Of a DNA stretch of 32,000 nt, positions 9,442-19,700 are shown piece after piece. The notes beneath the pieces were generated by a model, which saw nothing but the letters and a program-made list of their open reading frames with translations, searched no databases and was not told the DNA's origin. How positions within the stretch are numbered: the stretch's first letter is position 1; every line of letters starts with the position of its first letter. The DNA lies in assembly GCA_000025185.1 (NCBI GenBank), contig CP001848.1, positions 5,340,001 through 5,372,000 on the forward strand, given 5' to 3'. This DNA comes from Pirellula staleyi DSM 6068 (GTDB taxonomy: Bacteria > Planctomycetota > Planctomycetia > Pirellulales > Pirellulaceae). The translations under genes were made by a program, and so were the position numbers.

Positions 9442-11082
9442 ATGCAACGTTTCGTTGCCTCGACGCTCGCGTTACTGCTTGCCATCGCTCTTGTCACCAA
9501 GGCGGCGGTGGCTCAAGAGGCCACTGCAGCGCGACCCAATATCATTTTGATTCTCGTCGACGACATGGGGTTTTCGGATCTCGGCTGTTATGGGAGTGAG
9601 ATCCCGACACCTCATATCGATTCGCTCGCAGCGGGAGGCATTCGCTTTTCGCAGTTCTACAACACCGGTCGATGCTGTCCGACACGAACCTCGCTCCTCA
9701 CTGGGCTCTACTCGCATCAAGCAGGCATCGGTCACATGACCGACAATCAAGGTGTGCCGAGCTACCAGGGGTATCTGAACGATCGCTGCATTACCCTCGG
9801 AAACTTGCTGCAGTCGGCGGGCTACTTCACGGCTCACACTGGGAAGTGGCACGTGGGGTCGGGAAATCTGGCGCGGCTGCCACTGCAGCGCGGCTTCGAT
9901 CGGTTCTATGGTGTTCCTGAAGGGGGCGGCTTTTATATGCAGCCTCGGCGCGGTCGCAATGTGTATGAAGGGAACGATGTGATTTACTCGGCCGACAAAC
10001 TTCCTCCCGCCGATTGGTACAGCACCGATGCGTGGACCGACTACGGACTGCGCTACATCGACGAAGCGATCGCCGCAAAAAAGCCTTACTTTTTGTACCT
10101 CGCACACAATGCGCCGCACTTTCCGCTGCAAGCAAGTCCCGCCGATATTGCGCGATTTCGCGGGAAGTATCGCGCAGGTTGGGATGCGCTGCGACAGTCG
10201 CGACATGCGAAGCAAAAAGAGATGATCCCCGCATTGTCGAAGACCGAACTCACAGCCCGTGATGCGACGATTGATGCGTGGGATGCGCTCGACGAGAAAC
10301 AGAAAGAAGAGCTCGACCTTCGCTATGCGCTCTACGTCGCAGTGATGGCGCGTCTCGATGATTCGGTCGGCCGACTGATCGCGGGACTCAAAGAGCGCAA
10401 GACCTTCGACAACACGTTGATTCTCTACTGCAGCGACAATGGTGCTTCCGATGAAGGGGGGCTCTATGGAAAGTTTGGAACCGGTGAGCCGGGGACTGCC
10501 GATTCCGATGTGTTCATTGGTCGCGCTTGGGCGGGGCTCAGCAACACACCGTTTCGGTACTACAAAAAGAACAGTCACGAGGGTGGCATCAGCACGCCGC
10601 TGATCGCGCACTGGCCCGCAGGAATTCAAGCGCGCGGCGAGTGGCGCAGGCAAGTGGGGCATGTCATCGACTTCATGCCGACTCTCGCCGAAGTTGCTGG
10701 AGCAACCTACCCCACCCAGCACAACGAACGGATGATTCAGCCGATGGAGGGCCAAAGTTTCGCGCACACTTTTGCTAAAGAGGAGGCTCACCCTCGCACA
10801 TTGTTCTGGGAGCATGAAGGACACGCTGCCATTCGCGCTCCGGAGTGGAAACTCGTCCGCGCAGGTGCACAAGGGAAGTGGGAACTGTATCGCGCAGCCG
10901 ACTCGCGTACTGAAATCAACGATGTTGCCAGCGAACATCCCGAGGTTGTGAAGCAACTCACCACCGAGTGGCAAGCTTGGGCCAAACGTGTCGGCGCTAA
11001 GCCATTTGCGGGAACTCCGATGGAGTTGCCCGGTAAGAAAAAGGGTAAAGGAAAAGCGAAAGCCAAATCGGTCGCCGAATAA
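9442..11082 (+). CDS. Secreted arylsulfatase-family (type I, formylglycine-dependent) sulfatase
   Basis: Signal peptide MQRFVASTLALLLAIALVTKAAVAQE. NIILILVDDMGFSDLGCYG. The CxPxR formylglycine motif appears as GRCCPTRTSLLTG. GKWH, LAHNAPHFP and SDNG are present. Lys-rich C-terminal tail. Confidence 0.93.
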   Translation: MQRFVASTLALLLAIALVTKAAVAQEATAARPNIILILVDDMGFSDLGCYGSEIPTPHIDSLAAGGIRFSQFYNTGRCCPTRTSLLTGLYSHQAGIGHMTDNQGVPSYQGYLNDRCITLGNLLQSAGYFTAHTGKWHVGSGNLARLPLQRGFDRFYGVPEGGGFYMQPRRGRNVYEGNDVIYSADKLPPADWYSTDAWTDYGLRYIDEAIAAKKPYFLYLAHNAPHFPLQASPADIARFRGKYRAGWDALRQSRHAKQKEMIPALSKTELTARDATIDAWDALDEKQKEELDLRYALYVAVMARLDDSVGRLIAGLKERKTFDNTLILYCSDNGASDEGGLYGKFGTGEPGTADSDVFIGRAWAGLSNTPFRYYKKNSHEGGISTPLIAHWPAGIQARGEWRRQVGHVIDFMPTLAEVAGATYPTQHNERMIQPMEGQSFAHTFAKEEAHPRTLFWEHEGHAAIRAPEWKLVRAGAQGKWELYRAADSRTEINDVASEHPEVVKQLTTEWQAWAKRVGAKPFAGTPMELPGKKKGKGKAKAKSVAE

Positions 11083-11109
11083 CTCAACAGCCGAGCGAGA
11101 AGAATTTCC

Positions 11110-12651
11110 ATGAAACCATCGCACCTCTCCGCGATTCGTCTTTCGTTGATTTACGCTGTCGTCAGTACGTTTTTGTGCTGCGCAACATTGCCCAGTACGA
11201 TCGCTGCAGAACAACAGCCGAACATCGTTTTCTTTTTGGTCGATGACTTGGGGCAGCGCGATTTGGGCTGCTATGGGAGTACGTTCTACGAAACGCCGAA
11301 TATCGACAAACTGGCTGCTGATGGAGCGAGATTCACACAGGCATATGCAGCATGTCCTGTCTGCTCGCCAACACGCGCGAGCATCTTGACTGGCCTGTGG
11401 CCACAGCGGACCGGGATTACCGACTACATCGCAACCGACAACTCCAACGGACCGGCGAAGTGGAATCGCAACACGATGACACTCCCGGCAGCTTATCGCG
11501 ATCGGCTGGCGCTCGATTCTCCGACGCTGGCTAAGTCGCTGAAATCTGCTGGTTATGCCACGTTTTTCGCTGGCAAATGGCATCTCGGTCCCGAAGGTTT
11601 TTACCCTGAGAATCAAGGCTTCGACATCAATCGAGGTGGCATCGAACGCGGTGGTCCTTATGGTGGCAAGCAGTATTTTTCTCCCTATGGCAATCCACGT
11701 TTGACAGACGGCCCCGCTGGTGAGCATCTTCCCGATCGACTCGCCACCGAGACTTGTCAGTTCATCGAGGCCCATCAGAAGCAGCCGTTCTTCGCTTACT
11801 TTTCGTTCTACAGCGTGCATACTCCTTTGCAGGCGCGTGAGGACCTTCGACAAAAGTATGTTGCCAAACGTGAGAAGCTGGGACTGAAACCAACCTGGGG
11901 ACGCGAGCACATGCGCGATGTCAGGCAGGTGCAAGAGCACGCCGTGTATGCCGCGATGGTCGATGCGATGGATCAAGCAGTGGGCAAGGTGCTCGCGAAG
12001 CTCGACGAACTTGGTCTCCGCGAAAATACGCTGGTGATCTTCACGAGCGATAACGGCGGACTCTCGACGAGCGAAGGTTGGCCGACATCGAACCTGCCGC
12101 TGCGTGGCGGTAAAGGGTGGATGTATGAAGGTGGGATTCGCGAGCCGCTCGTGATGCGCTGGCCGGCAAAAGTAAAAGCCGGTTCGACCATCGATACACC
12201 CGTTTCGAGCCCCGATTTCATGGCCACGTTGCTCGCAGCCACTGCGACGAAACCGGCCGAGCAGCAGCAGATCGATGGTGTTAGTTTGTTGCCGCTGCTG
12301 GCAGGTGAGAAGCTCAAAGAACGTTCGCTCTTTTGGCACTATCCGCACTACGGCAATCAAGGAGGAGCGCCGGCAGCCGCGATTCGTCGTGGTTCCTGGA
12401 AGTTGATCGAGTGGCTCGAAGATGGCCAGGTCGAGTTGTTCAATCTCGCGACCGACGAAAGTGAAACCACCAATCTGGCCTCGAAAGAACCGGCTTTGGT
12501 GCGCGAGATGCTCGCCGAGTTGCATGCGTGGCAGAAAGAAGTGGGAGCAATACTTCCCGAGAAAAATCCGAACTACGATCCGGCCAAGCCGAGTGGTCGC
12601 GGTGCTAGAAATCAGCCGACATCTCAGCCTGCCAAAGGCAAACGTTCGTAA
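11110..12651 (+). CDS. Secreted type I sulfatase
   Basis: Signal peptide. NIVFFLVDDLGQRDLGCYG, PVCSPTRASILTG (CxPxR), GKWHLG, SVHTP, TSDNGG, LRGGKGWMYEGGIR. It starts 27 nt after the previous sulfatase. Confidence 0.93.
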   Translation: MKPSHLSAIRLSLIYAVVSTFLCCATLPSTIAAEQQPNIVFFLVDDLGQRDLGCYGSTFYETPNIDKLAADGARFTQAYAACPVCSPTRASILTGLWPQRTGITDYIATDNSNGPAKWNRNTMTLPAAYRDRLALDSPTLAKSLKSAGYATFFAGKWHLGPEGFYPENQGFDINRGGIERGGPYGGKQYFSPYGNPRLTDGPAGEHLPDRLATETCQFIEAHQKQPFFAYFSFYSVHTPLQAREDLRQKYVAKREKLGLKPTWGREHMRDVRQVQEHAVYAAMVDAMDQAVGKVLAKLDELGLRENTLVIFTSDNGGLSTSEGWPTSNLPLRGGKGWMYEGGIREPLVMRWPAKVKAGSTIDTPVSSPDFMATLLAATATKPAEQQQIDGVSLLPLLAGEKLKERSLFWHYPHYGNQGGAPAAAIRRGSWKLIEWLEDGQVELFNLATDESETTNLASKEPALVREMLAELHAWQKEVGAILPEKNPNYDPAKPSGRGARNQPTSQPAKGKRS

Positions 12652-12696
12652 GCAATCCGCGCTCGCATTTCGTCGTTCTCTCGGCAAGGTACTACG

Positions 12697-14592
12697 ATGC
12701 TCTTCGACTACACAACCAGCTCCGCGATGCTGACCAGTCACTATCAGCTCACGCACGCGCTGTTCCCAACATGGCTGATGTTCACAGCGATTGTCGCTTT
12801 TCTCAGCAGCGCGAGCAGTACGTTTGCCGCAGAGCGCGAAGTTACTCAGCCGAACATCGTGGTGTTTCTCGCCGACGATGCTGGCTGGGGAGACTATAGT
12901 TTTTCGGGCAACACGAACCTGAGCACACCGCATATCGATTCGATTGCACGAGGCGGAGCTTCGATCGATCGTTTCTTTGTTTGTTCCGTTTGCTCTCCGA
13001 CACGAGCGGAATTTTTGACAGGCCGCTATCATCAGCGCGGCGGTGTGCGCGGTGTTTCGACCGGTCAAGAGCGTCTGGATCTGAGTGAGCGAACGCTGGC
13101 TGATTCGCTTCGCGCGGCGGGTTATGCCACCGGTGCTTTTGGAAAATGGCACAACGGAAGTCAGTGGCCCTATCATCCGAACGCTCGTGGATTTGACGAG
13201 TATTTCGGCTACACATCGGGGCATTGGGGGGAGTACTTCAATCCGCCTCTCGAGCACAACGGCAAGCTGAATAACTACGAGGGCTACATCGTCGACATCT
13301 GCACTGATCGCGCGATCACGTTCATCGAGGCCTCGAAAAACAAGCCCTTCTTTTGCTACGTTCCGTTCACTACGCCGCATTCGCCCTGGAGTGTTCCCTC
13401 CGCCGACTGGAAACGTTTTCAAGACAAACCACTCGAAAAGCGAGCAACCAATCTCAAGCAAGAACAGCTTGACCAGACGCGCTGTGCGCTGGCGATGGTC
13501 GAAAATCAAGATCGCAACGTGGGGCGTGTGCTGTCGAAACTCGACGAGCTTAAGCTGCGTGAGAACACGATTGTGGTTTACTTCTCCGACAACGGCCCCA
13601 ACTCGGCGCGCTGGACTGGTGGCATGAAGGGGAAGAAAGGGACGACCGACGAAGGGGGCGTTCGGAGTGTCTGCTACATCCAGTGGCCCAAGCGCATTGC
13701 AGCCGCACAAACGATCCAGCCGATTGCAGGGGCTATTGATCTGCTCCCAACACTGCTGTCGCTCGCGGGTGTGAAACATGTCGGCGAGCTGCCGCTCGAT
13801 GGTCGCGACCTTGCTCCGCTTCTCACCGGTCAGCAGCCAGAGTGGCCCGAGCGTTTGCTCTTTACTACTTGGGCTGGCAAGGTGAGTGCTCGCAGCCAAA
13901 CGCATCGACTCGACGAACAAGGTCTGCTGTTCGACATGCAAAGCGATCCGGGACAGACCACGCCGGTGAATGATCGCGAGCCGAAACTGACAGCCGAAAT
14001 GAAGTCGGCGGTGGCAAAGTGGAAGGCCGAGATGGAGCGAGAACTTGCGCTCGATGCGACACCGCCGCTCGAGGCCACATTGCTGGAAGGGGTGAAGCTG
14101 ACGAACGTCGATGCGCGGCCGATTCCTCTGGGTTATCGCGAGTTTCCGATCACCATGCTGCCGGCGCGCGATGGTCAGCCGGTGGGTGGGGTGAAGAGAA
14201 GCAGCAGTGCACCGAACTCGTCGTACTTCGTGAACTGGAAGTCGACCGACGACAAGGTTGTGTGGCTGGTGGATGTGAACGTCCATGGCAAGTACCTTGT
14301 GACCATCGATTACACATGCCCTGAAGCGGATGCCGGATCGACACTCGAACTGCGACTCGGCAAGAGTCGGCTGGTGGCGACAGTGACTCCCGGATGGGAC
14401 CCACCTCTCTACACCGATCAAGACACGCTCCCTCGTCCTCCTGCTGAATCCTCGATGAAACCATTTCGCACGCTCGATTTGGGTGTCGTTGAACTTCAGC
14501 CTGGGATCGGACTACTCACTTTGCAGGCGACCAAAATCCCCGGCAACTCGGTGATGGATCTCCGCCGCGTCACACTGGTGCTGCAAGACTGA
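12697..14592 (+). CDS. Secreted type I sulfatase with an extra C-terminal domain of about 175 aa (beta-sandwich/CBM-like by inference)
   Basis: NIVVFLADDAGWGD, SVCSPTRAEFLTG (CxPxR), GKWHNG, TTPHSP, FSDNGP, KGKKGTTDEGGVR. Residues from about 455 to 631 lie beyond the sulfatase core. The N-terminal start is uncertain; the hydrophobic signal region is WLMFTAIVAFLSSASSTFA. Confidence 0.9.
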   Translation: MLFDYTTSSAMLTSHYQLTHALFPTWLMFTAIVAFLSSASSTFAAEREVTQPNIVVFLADDAGWGDYSFSGNTNLSTPHIDSIARGGASIDRFFVCSVCSPTRAEFLTGRYHQRGGVRGVSTGQERLDLSERTLADSLRAAGYATGAFGKWHNGSQWPYHPNARGFDEYFGYTSGHWGEYFNPPLEHNGKLNNYEGYIVDICTDRAITFIEASKNKPFFCYVPFTTPHSPWSVPSADWKRFQDKPLEKRATNLKQEQLDQTRCALAMVENQDRNVGRVLSKLDELKLRENTIVVYFSDNGPNSARWTGGMKGKKGTTDEGGVRSVCYIQWPKRIAAAQTIQPIAGAIDLLPTLLSLAGVKHVGELPLDGRDLAPLLTGQQPEWPERLLFTTWAGKVSARSQTHRLDEQGLLFDMQSDPGQTTPVNDREPKLTAEMKSAVAKWKAEMERELALDATPPLEATLLEGVKLTNVDARPIPLGYREFPITMLPARDGQPVGGVKRSSSAPNSSYFVNWKSTDDKVVWLVDVNVHGKYLVTIDYTCPEADAGSTLELRLGKSRLVATVTPGWDPPLYTDQDTLPRPPAESSMKPFRTLDLGVVELQPGIGLLTLQATKIPGNSVMDLRRVTLVLQD

Positions 14593-14643
14593 ATGCTCTC
14601 GCAGCACATCGTTTGTCAAGCTTCTAGCACACCTCGTTTTTCA

Positions 14644-14985
14644 CTAGCCACCAGCGAGTGCGCCGATCACCATCAGTGGTTCATCGCCACTGGCAATCGC
14701 GTCGGGCAGGAGAGTGTCGAGCGACTGATTCGACCAATCTGCGCCGCTCACAAAAAACCGGACGAATGCGCGTCGACTTCCCGTCTGCTGATCGCGAATC
14801 GTTCCTCGCAGCGAAGGATAACGCGACTCAAGCGCGCCAATCACGCGGGCAATCGTAATCGGCTCTTCGACCTCGATCGACACCTCGCGCGCGACAGGAT
14901 CGCTACTCACATCTGGCGATTGCGTCGACAGATCGCGCGCTAAGAGTCGCAAGTGATACGGCAAATGGACACGAATCGTTTTCAT
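14644..14985 (-). CDS. MoaD/ThiS-family ubiquitin-like beta-grasp protein with a C-terminal Gly-Gly
   Basis: 113 aa ending ...PLMVIGALAGG-stop (GGT GGC TAG). The core ALESRYPSLRGTIRD...RAFVRFFVSG fits MoaD/ThiS-like proteins. ATG at 14985 is preceded by GGTGGTGA. Confidence 0.75.
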   Translation of the reverse strand: MKTIRVHLPYHLRLLARDLSTQSPDVSSDPVAREVSIEVEEPITIARVIGALESRYPSLRGTIRDQQTGSRRAFVRFFVSGADWSNQSLDTLLPDAIASGDEPLMVIGALAGG

Positions 14986-15098
14986 CAGTCACCACCACGC
15001 GCCAGTAGAGCGCATCTCACTTTTTTTGTAGCGGCTGCTGCGTCAATTTTCGCTAGGATTACAAGCGCCACACGCGCTACTCGTCCGTGCGACACGCA

Positions 15099-16217
15099 CT
15101 AAGGAAGCATCTGCACTTCCACCGAAACCACCGGGGGCAAATCGCGTACGATCGCTTCCCAGTGATCGCCACTATCGCTCGAGCCATACACCTGGCCGCC
15201 ACTGGTTCCGAAGTAAACGCCACACGGATCGCAGCGATCAACAGCCATCGCATCGCGCAGCACATTCACGTAGCAATTCTCTTGCGGCAGTCCCTCGGTA
15301 AGTGCCTCCCACGTGTTGCCTCCCGTGCGACTACGATAAACGCGCAGCTTTCCTTCCGGTGGAAAATGCTCGGAGTCGCTCTTGATCGGCACCACGTAAA
15401 TCGTTTCCGGATCATGTGCGTGCACATCGATCGGAAAACCAAAGTCGCTCGGCAAATTGCCACCGACATCGGTCCAGTCATCGCCGCTGTTATCGCTCCG
15501 CATCACGTCCCAATGCTTCTGCATGAACAGCACATTCGGCCGCGCGGGATGCATCGCAATGCGGTGGACACAATGCCCCACTTCTGCCTGCGGATCGGGC
15601 AGGACATACTCCGACTTGAGCCCACGATTGATCGGCTTCCAAGTCGCGCCACCATCGTCGGTTCGAAACGCGCCCGCTGCAGAAATCGCCACAAAAATCC
15701 GGAGCGGATTCGTCGGATCGAGCACAATCGTGTGCAGGCACATCCCCCCCGCGCCAGGCTGCCAGTAATTCCCCGATCCATGATTACGCAGCCCGGGCAA
15801 TTCGTGCCACGTCAGCCCCGCATCGGTCGAACGAAAGATCGAAGCATCTTCGACACCGGCATACACCGTGTCAGGTTCGTGGAGCGAAGGCTCGAGATGC
15901 CAAACCCTTTTGAATTCCCAAGGATGAGGCGTTCCGTCGTACCACAAGTGCGTTCCCGGCGTCCCTTCGTACGTGAAGTTATTACCGACCGCTTCCCACG
16001 TTTTGCCACCATCGCTCGAGCGCTGAATCACTTGTCCAAACCAGCCCGACGACTGCGAGGCATAGATCCGATTCGGATCGAGTGGCGAGCCCTTCAGGTG
16101 ATACACCTCCCAACCAGCGAAGTGGGGACCACTCACGTCCCACGTCTTCCGCGTGGCATCACTACTCAAGATGAACGCCCCTTTGCGCGTTCCCACCAGC
16201 AGACGTACACCCGCCAT
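15099..16217 (-). CDS. Cytoplasmic BNR/Asp-box repeat beta-propeller protein (sialidase-fold, function unknown)
   Basis: 372 aa with six Asp-boxes: [48 protein letters not shown]. No signal peptide ([17 protein letters not shown]). Confidence 0.85.
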   Translation of the reverse strand: MAGVRLLVGTRKGAFILSSDATRKTWDVSGPHFAGWEVYHLKGSPLDPNRIYASQSSGWFGQVIQRSSDGGKTWEAVGNNFTYEGTPGTHLWYDGTPHPWEFKRVWHLEPSLHEPDTVYAGVEDASIFRSTDAGLTWHELPGLRNHGSGNYWQPGAGGMCLHTIVLDPTNPLRIFVAISAAGAFRTDDGGATWKPINRGLKSEYVLPDPQAEVGHCVHRIAMHPARPNVLFMQKHWDVMRSDNSGDDWTDVGGNLPSDFGFPIDVHAHDPETIYVVPIKSDSEHFPPEGKLRVYRSRTGGNTWEALTEGLPQENCYVNVLRDAMAVDRCDPCGVYFGTSGGQVYGSSDSGDHWEAIVRDLPPVVSVEVQMLP

Positions 16218-16465
16218 GATTCATTCCCTTCAAGTTAAATGCTGCATGCTCGAGCCAACAATCGGCGAACCGGCCAATAACTGTACTTCTGTTTACATAT
16301 TCTGTTTTTTGTAACCCACTGCCGGAGCAGTCGCAAGCGCTGCCGAAAAAAATTCATCAGGGACCTGCTCGGACAGCGCAACTGCGCGCGTAAACAACAA
16401 AAAGCGCGTGGTAAAGTTGCGCGCTGGCAATTCCAAACGACGCTCCTTCAGGGGGAATGAATGCA

Positions 16466-16481
16466 TATTTCTCGAGAAATA
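16466..16481. promoter_or_regulatory. Perfect 16-bp palindrome TATTTCTCGAGAAATA (possible dimeric-regulator operator)
   Basis: Read directly from the sequence. It lies in the 539-nt non-coding gap, about 250 bp upstream of the BNR-propeller start. No cognate regulator is identified. Confidence 0.25.
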
Positions 16482-16557
16482 CGGGCTCTGCGACAGCAGC
16501 GCGCAACCTCAGCCCGCTCTCTAGTCGAACAAACGACCCGCTGATCGACAGCAGCGC

Positions 16558-16593
16558 AAAAAAACATCGCCCGAGAAAAAATCGCGGGCGATG
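16558..16593 (-). terminator. Rho-independent terminator downstream of the RND pump gene
   Basis: The minus strand has a 9-bp stem CATCGCCCG / CGGGCGATG (16593..16585 and 16573..16565) with an 11-nt loop, followed by T7 (A7 on the plus strand at 16558-16564). It is about 165 nt after the pump stop. Confidence 0.6.
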
Positions 16594-16756
16594 CTGAGCT
16601 CGAACCTGCGTCGCTGAGTGCCTAGTCGGCTGGGTACCTGTGTTGTGCGCAGCTCACCACAGACTTGGACTCTTCAAGCCGCACACTGCTGGACAAGTCA
16701 GCAGTGCCACCCGGTTTGTTCGTGACGCTCGAGCACCAGCGCTGATTGCCCCTGGG

Positions 16757-19700
16757 CTAATGCGCCGGCTTGTCGTGAGGTACGTCCTGAGGCTTCGTAG
16801 CGTGCGAGCCTGCGTCGCTGGTCGCTGGCGGGTGAGCGCTGCCGTGATGATGCACCCGCTTGCCCCACACCCGATCGGTAATCCCTCGCAGCAGCACATA
16901 GAACGCAGGAGTCAGGAACAGCCCCAGGATCGTGACGCCGAGCATCCCCGAGAAGACCGCTGTTCCCAGCACCTGACGAAGTTCAGAACCAGGTCCCTCG
17001 GCGCGAGCCAGCGGCACCACCCCCAGGATGAACGCAAACGACGTCATCATGATCGGACGGAGTCGCATGCGGCACGATTCAATCGCCGCCTCCATCGCCG
17101 TGCGACCTTGCTCTTCGAGTTGAACGGCGAACTCCACGATCAGCACCGCGTTTTTCGCCGCTAGCCCAATGAGCACGACAAACCCAATCTGGGTAATCAG
17201 GTTGTTATCCATTCCACGCAGATGGACCCCCAAGAGCGCAAACGGAAGACAAACCGGCGCGATGAGAATGATCGCCATTGGCAGCGACCAACTTTCATAC
17301 TCGGCCGAGTGGGTGAGGAACACAAACAGCACGCAGAGCGGAAAGATATAGAGCGCCGTGTTCCCGGCGAGTTTCTCTTGATAAGCCAAATCGGTCCATG
17401 CGATGCTCATGCCGGGAGGAAGCTGCTCTCGCGCCAGTCGCTCGATCGTCGCCACCGCTTGTCCCGAACTAAAGCCCGGCGCGGCATCCCCTTGCACTTC
17501 CGCAGCGGGATACATGTTATAGCGCACCACACGATCGGGCCCCGTTTCGGGACGCGTTGTCACCACACTCCCCAGAGGCACCATCTGCCCCGTAGCGCTG
17601 CGGGTCTTCAGTCGCCGAATATCTTCCATCCGGTCGCGAAACTCACCTTCGGCCTGCATCCGCACCTGGAACGTTCGTCCAAACAGATTGAGATCGTTGA
17701 CGTACGACGAACCGAGATTCACTTGCAGTGTCTCGAAAATATTGCCGACCGGCACGTTCAGCATCTTTGCTTTCACGCGGTCGACATCCACAAACAGCTG
17801 CGGTGTCGAAGCGCGGAAGGTTGTAAACACACCCATGAGCGAAGGCTCGGTCCGTGATGCAGCGATCAGCTTATCGGTCGCCTCTTGCAGCGGCCTGCCA
17901 CCTCGGCCACCACGATCTTGCACCAGGAACTTAAAGCCACCTGCCGTGCCGAGTCCCTGCACCGGTGGAGGAGGAATGATGAAGATGTCGGCTTCGACAA
18001 TCTTGTTCATTTCTGCTTGCAACTGCTGCAAAATCACCCCCGCTGTCATCCCGGTTTTCACGCGCGATCCAAACGACTTCGGCGTGATGAAGATCGCGCC
18101 GGAGTTGGGGCTATTGGAGCGCGTGGCTCCCGAAAAACCGGCGAAAGCGACCGTGTGATTCACCGCCTCGTGCTTGAGAATAATCTCGCAAGCACGCTTC
18201 ATCACCGCATCGGTCCGCTCGAGCGAAGCACCATCGGGAAGCTGCACCACGCAGATCAAATACCCTTTGTCTTGCCCCGGAATAAAGCCCCCCGGAACTT
18301 GCTGAAAACCAACCACCGTCATCCCAATCAGCACGACGTAGATCAAAATCGGCACGACCAAATAGCGGACCGTTTGCGCGACCGCTTTCGAGTAGCCAAA
18401 CGTCACCGCATCGAACGCGCGATTGAAAAGTCGAAAGAACCAGCCGAAGCAAAAATCCCACAACCGGCCGAACCAATCTTTCTTCGCCCCGTGAGGCTGC
18501 AGCAAGATGACGCAAAGCGCCGGGCTGAGCGTGAGGCTGTTGAAGGCCGACAGCAGCGTCGAAACGGCAATGGTGAGGGCAAATTGCCGGAAGAATTGGC
18601 CACTGATTCCCGAGATGAACGCGGTCGGCACAAACACGGCCGAGAGCCCGACGGCAATCGCGATCACAGCGCCGGTCACTTCCGACATTGCTTTATAGGC
18701 CGCATCGCGCGGACTGAGTCCATCGGCAATATGCCGCTCGACATTTTCGACCACCACAATCGCATCGTCGACCACAATGCCGATTGCCAGCACGAGGCCG
18801 AAGAGCGAGAGCATGTTGAGCGAAAAGCCAAAGGCCGACATCGCCGCAAACGTGCCGATCAGTGAGACCGGAATCGCCACCAGTGGCACGAGTGTCGCGC
18901 GCCAGTTTTGCAAAAACACGAGCACCACGATCACCACCAGGACCACCGCTTCGTAGAGCGTATGAATCACCGAGTCGATCGATTCGCGCACGAATTCAGT
19001 CGGGTTGTAAACGATCCGGTACTCGAGCCCCTTGGGAAAATTACGGGAGAGCTCGCGAATCGTGGCTTCCACACCATCGGCTGTTTCGAGAGCATTTGAA
19101 CCGGGACGCTGCGCGATCGCGAGCGCCACGGCGGGCTGATTATCGAGGTAGCTGTTCACCGAGTAGTCGCGCGCGCCGAGTTCGATCCGCGCTACATCTT
19201 TCACACGGACGACACGTCCCCCGGAACCGGAGCGAACGATGATCGATTCGAACTGCTCGGGGGTCAACAGTCGTCCCAGCGTATTCACCGTGAGCTGAAA
19301 ATCGTTCCCCTGCGGGATCGGCGGCTGTCCGATCACCCCCGAGGCAACCTGCACGTTTTGTTCGCGAAGCGAGGCCACTACATCGCCAGCGGTGAGTCCC
19401 AGATTGGCGAGCTTATCGGGGTCGAGCCAAATCCGCATGCTGTACTCACGGAGGCCAAACGCCGAAACGTCGCCCACCCCATCGACGCGCGCTAAAGCAT
19501 CGCGCACTTGAATCAGCGCATAGTTGCCGATGTACAGCTGATCGAACCGGTTTTCGGGCGACACCATATGAATCACCATCAGCAAGTCGGGGGACGACTT
19601 GATGGTGGTTACTCCCAAGCGCCGCACATCCTCGGGCAAGCGCGCTTCTGCTGTGGCCACCCGGTTCTGCACCAGCACCTGCGCTTTGTCGAGATCGGTC

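Noticed and set aside
9472-14421. A 1649-aa minus-strand ORF spanning all three sulfatase genes and both spacers. It is the largest ORF in the track.
   Set aside because: It lies in exact codon register antisense to three genes with unmistakable sulfatase motifs. Its openness only reflects the absence of TTA/CTA/TCA sense codons. Its translation is Arg/Cys/His-rich with no recognisable motif, and it crosses two intergenic regions. It is a shadow ORF, not a gene.
15087-16238. A 383-aa plus-strand ORF covering the whole BNR-propeller gene.
   Set aside because: It is a codon-register antisense shadow. The minus-strand product has six clean Asp-boxes, whereas the plus-strand product is Arg/His/Pro-rich with no motif.
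16640-17164. A 174-aa plus-strand ORF and an 81-aa minus-strand ORF at the 3' end of the RND pump gene.
   Set aside because: They overlap the pump coding region or its 3' UTR and have junk-like, Arg-rich composition with no start signals.
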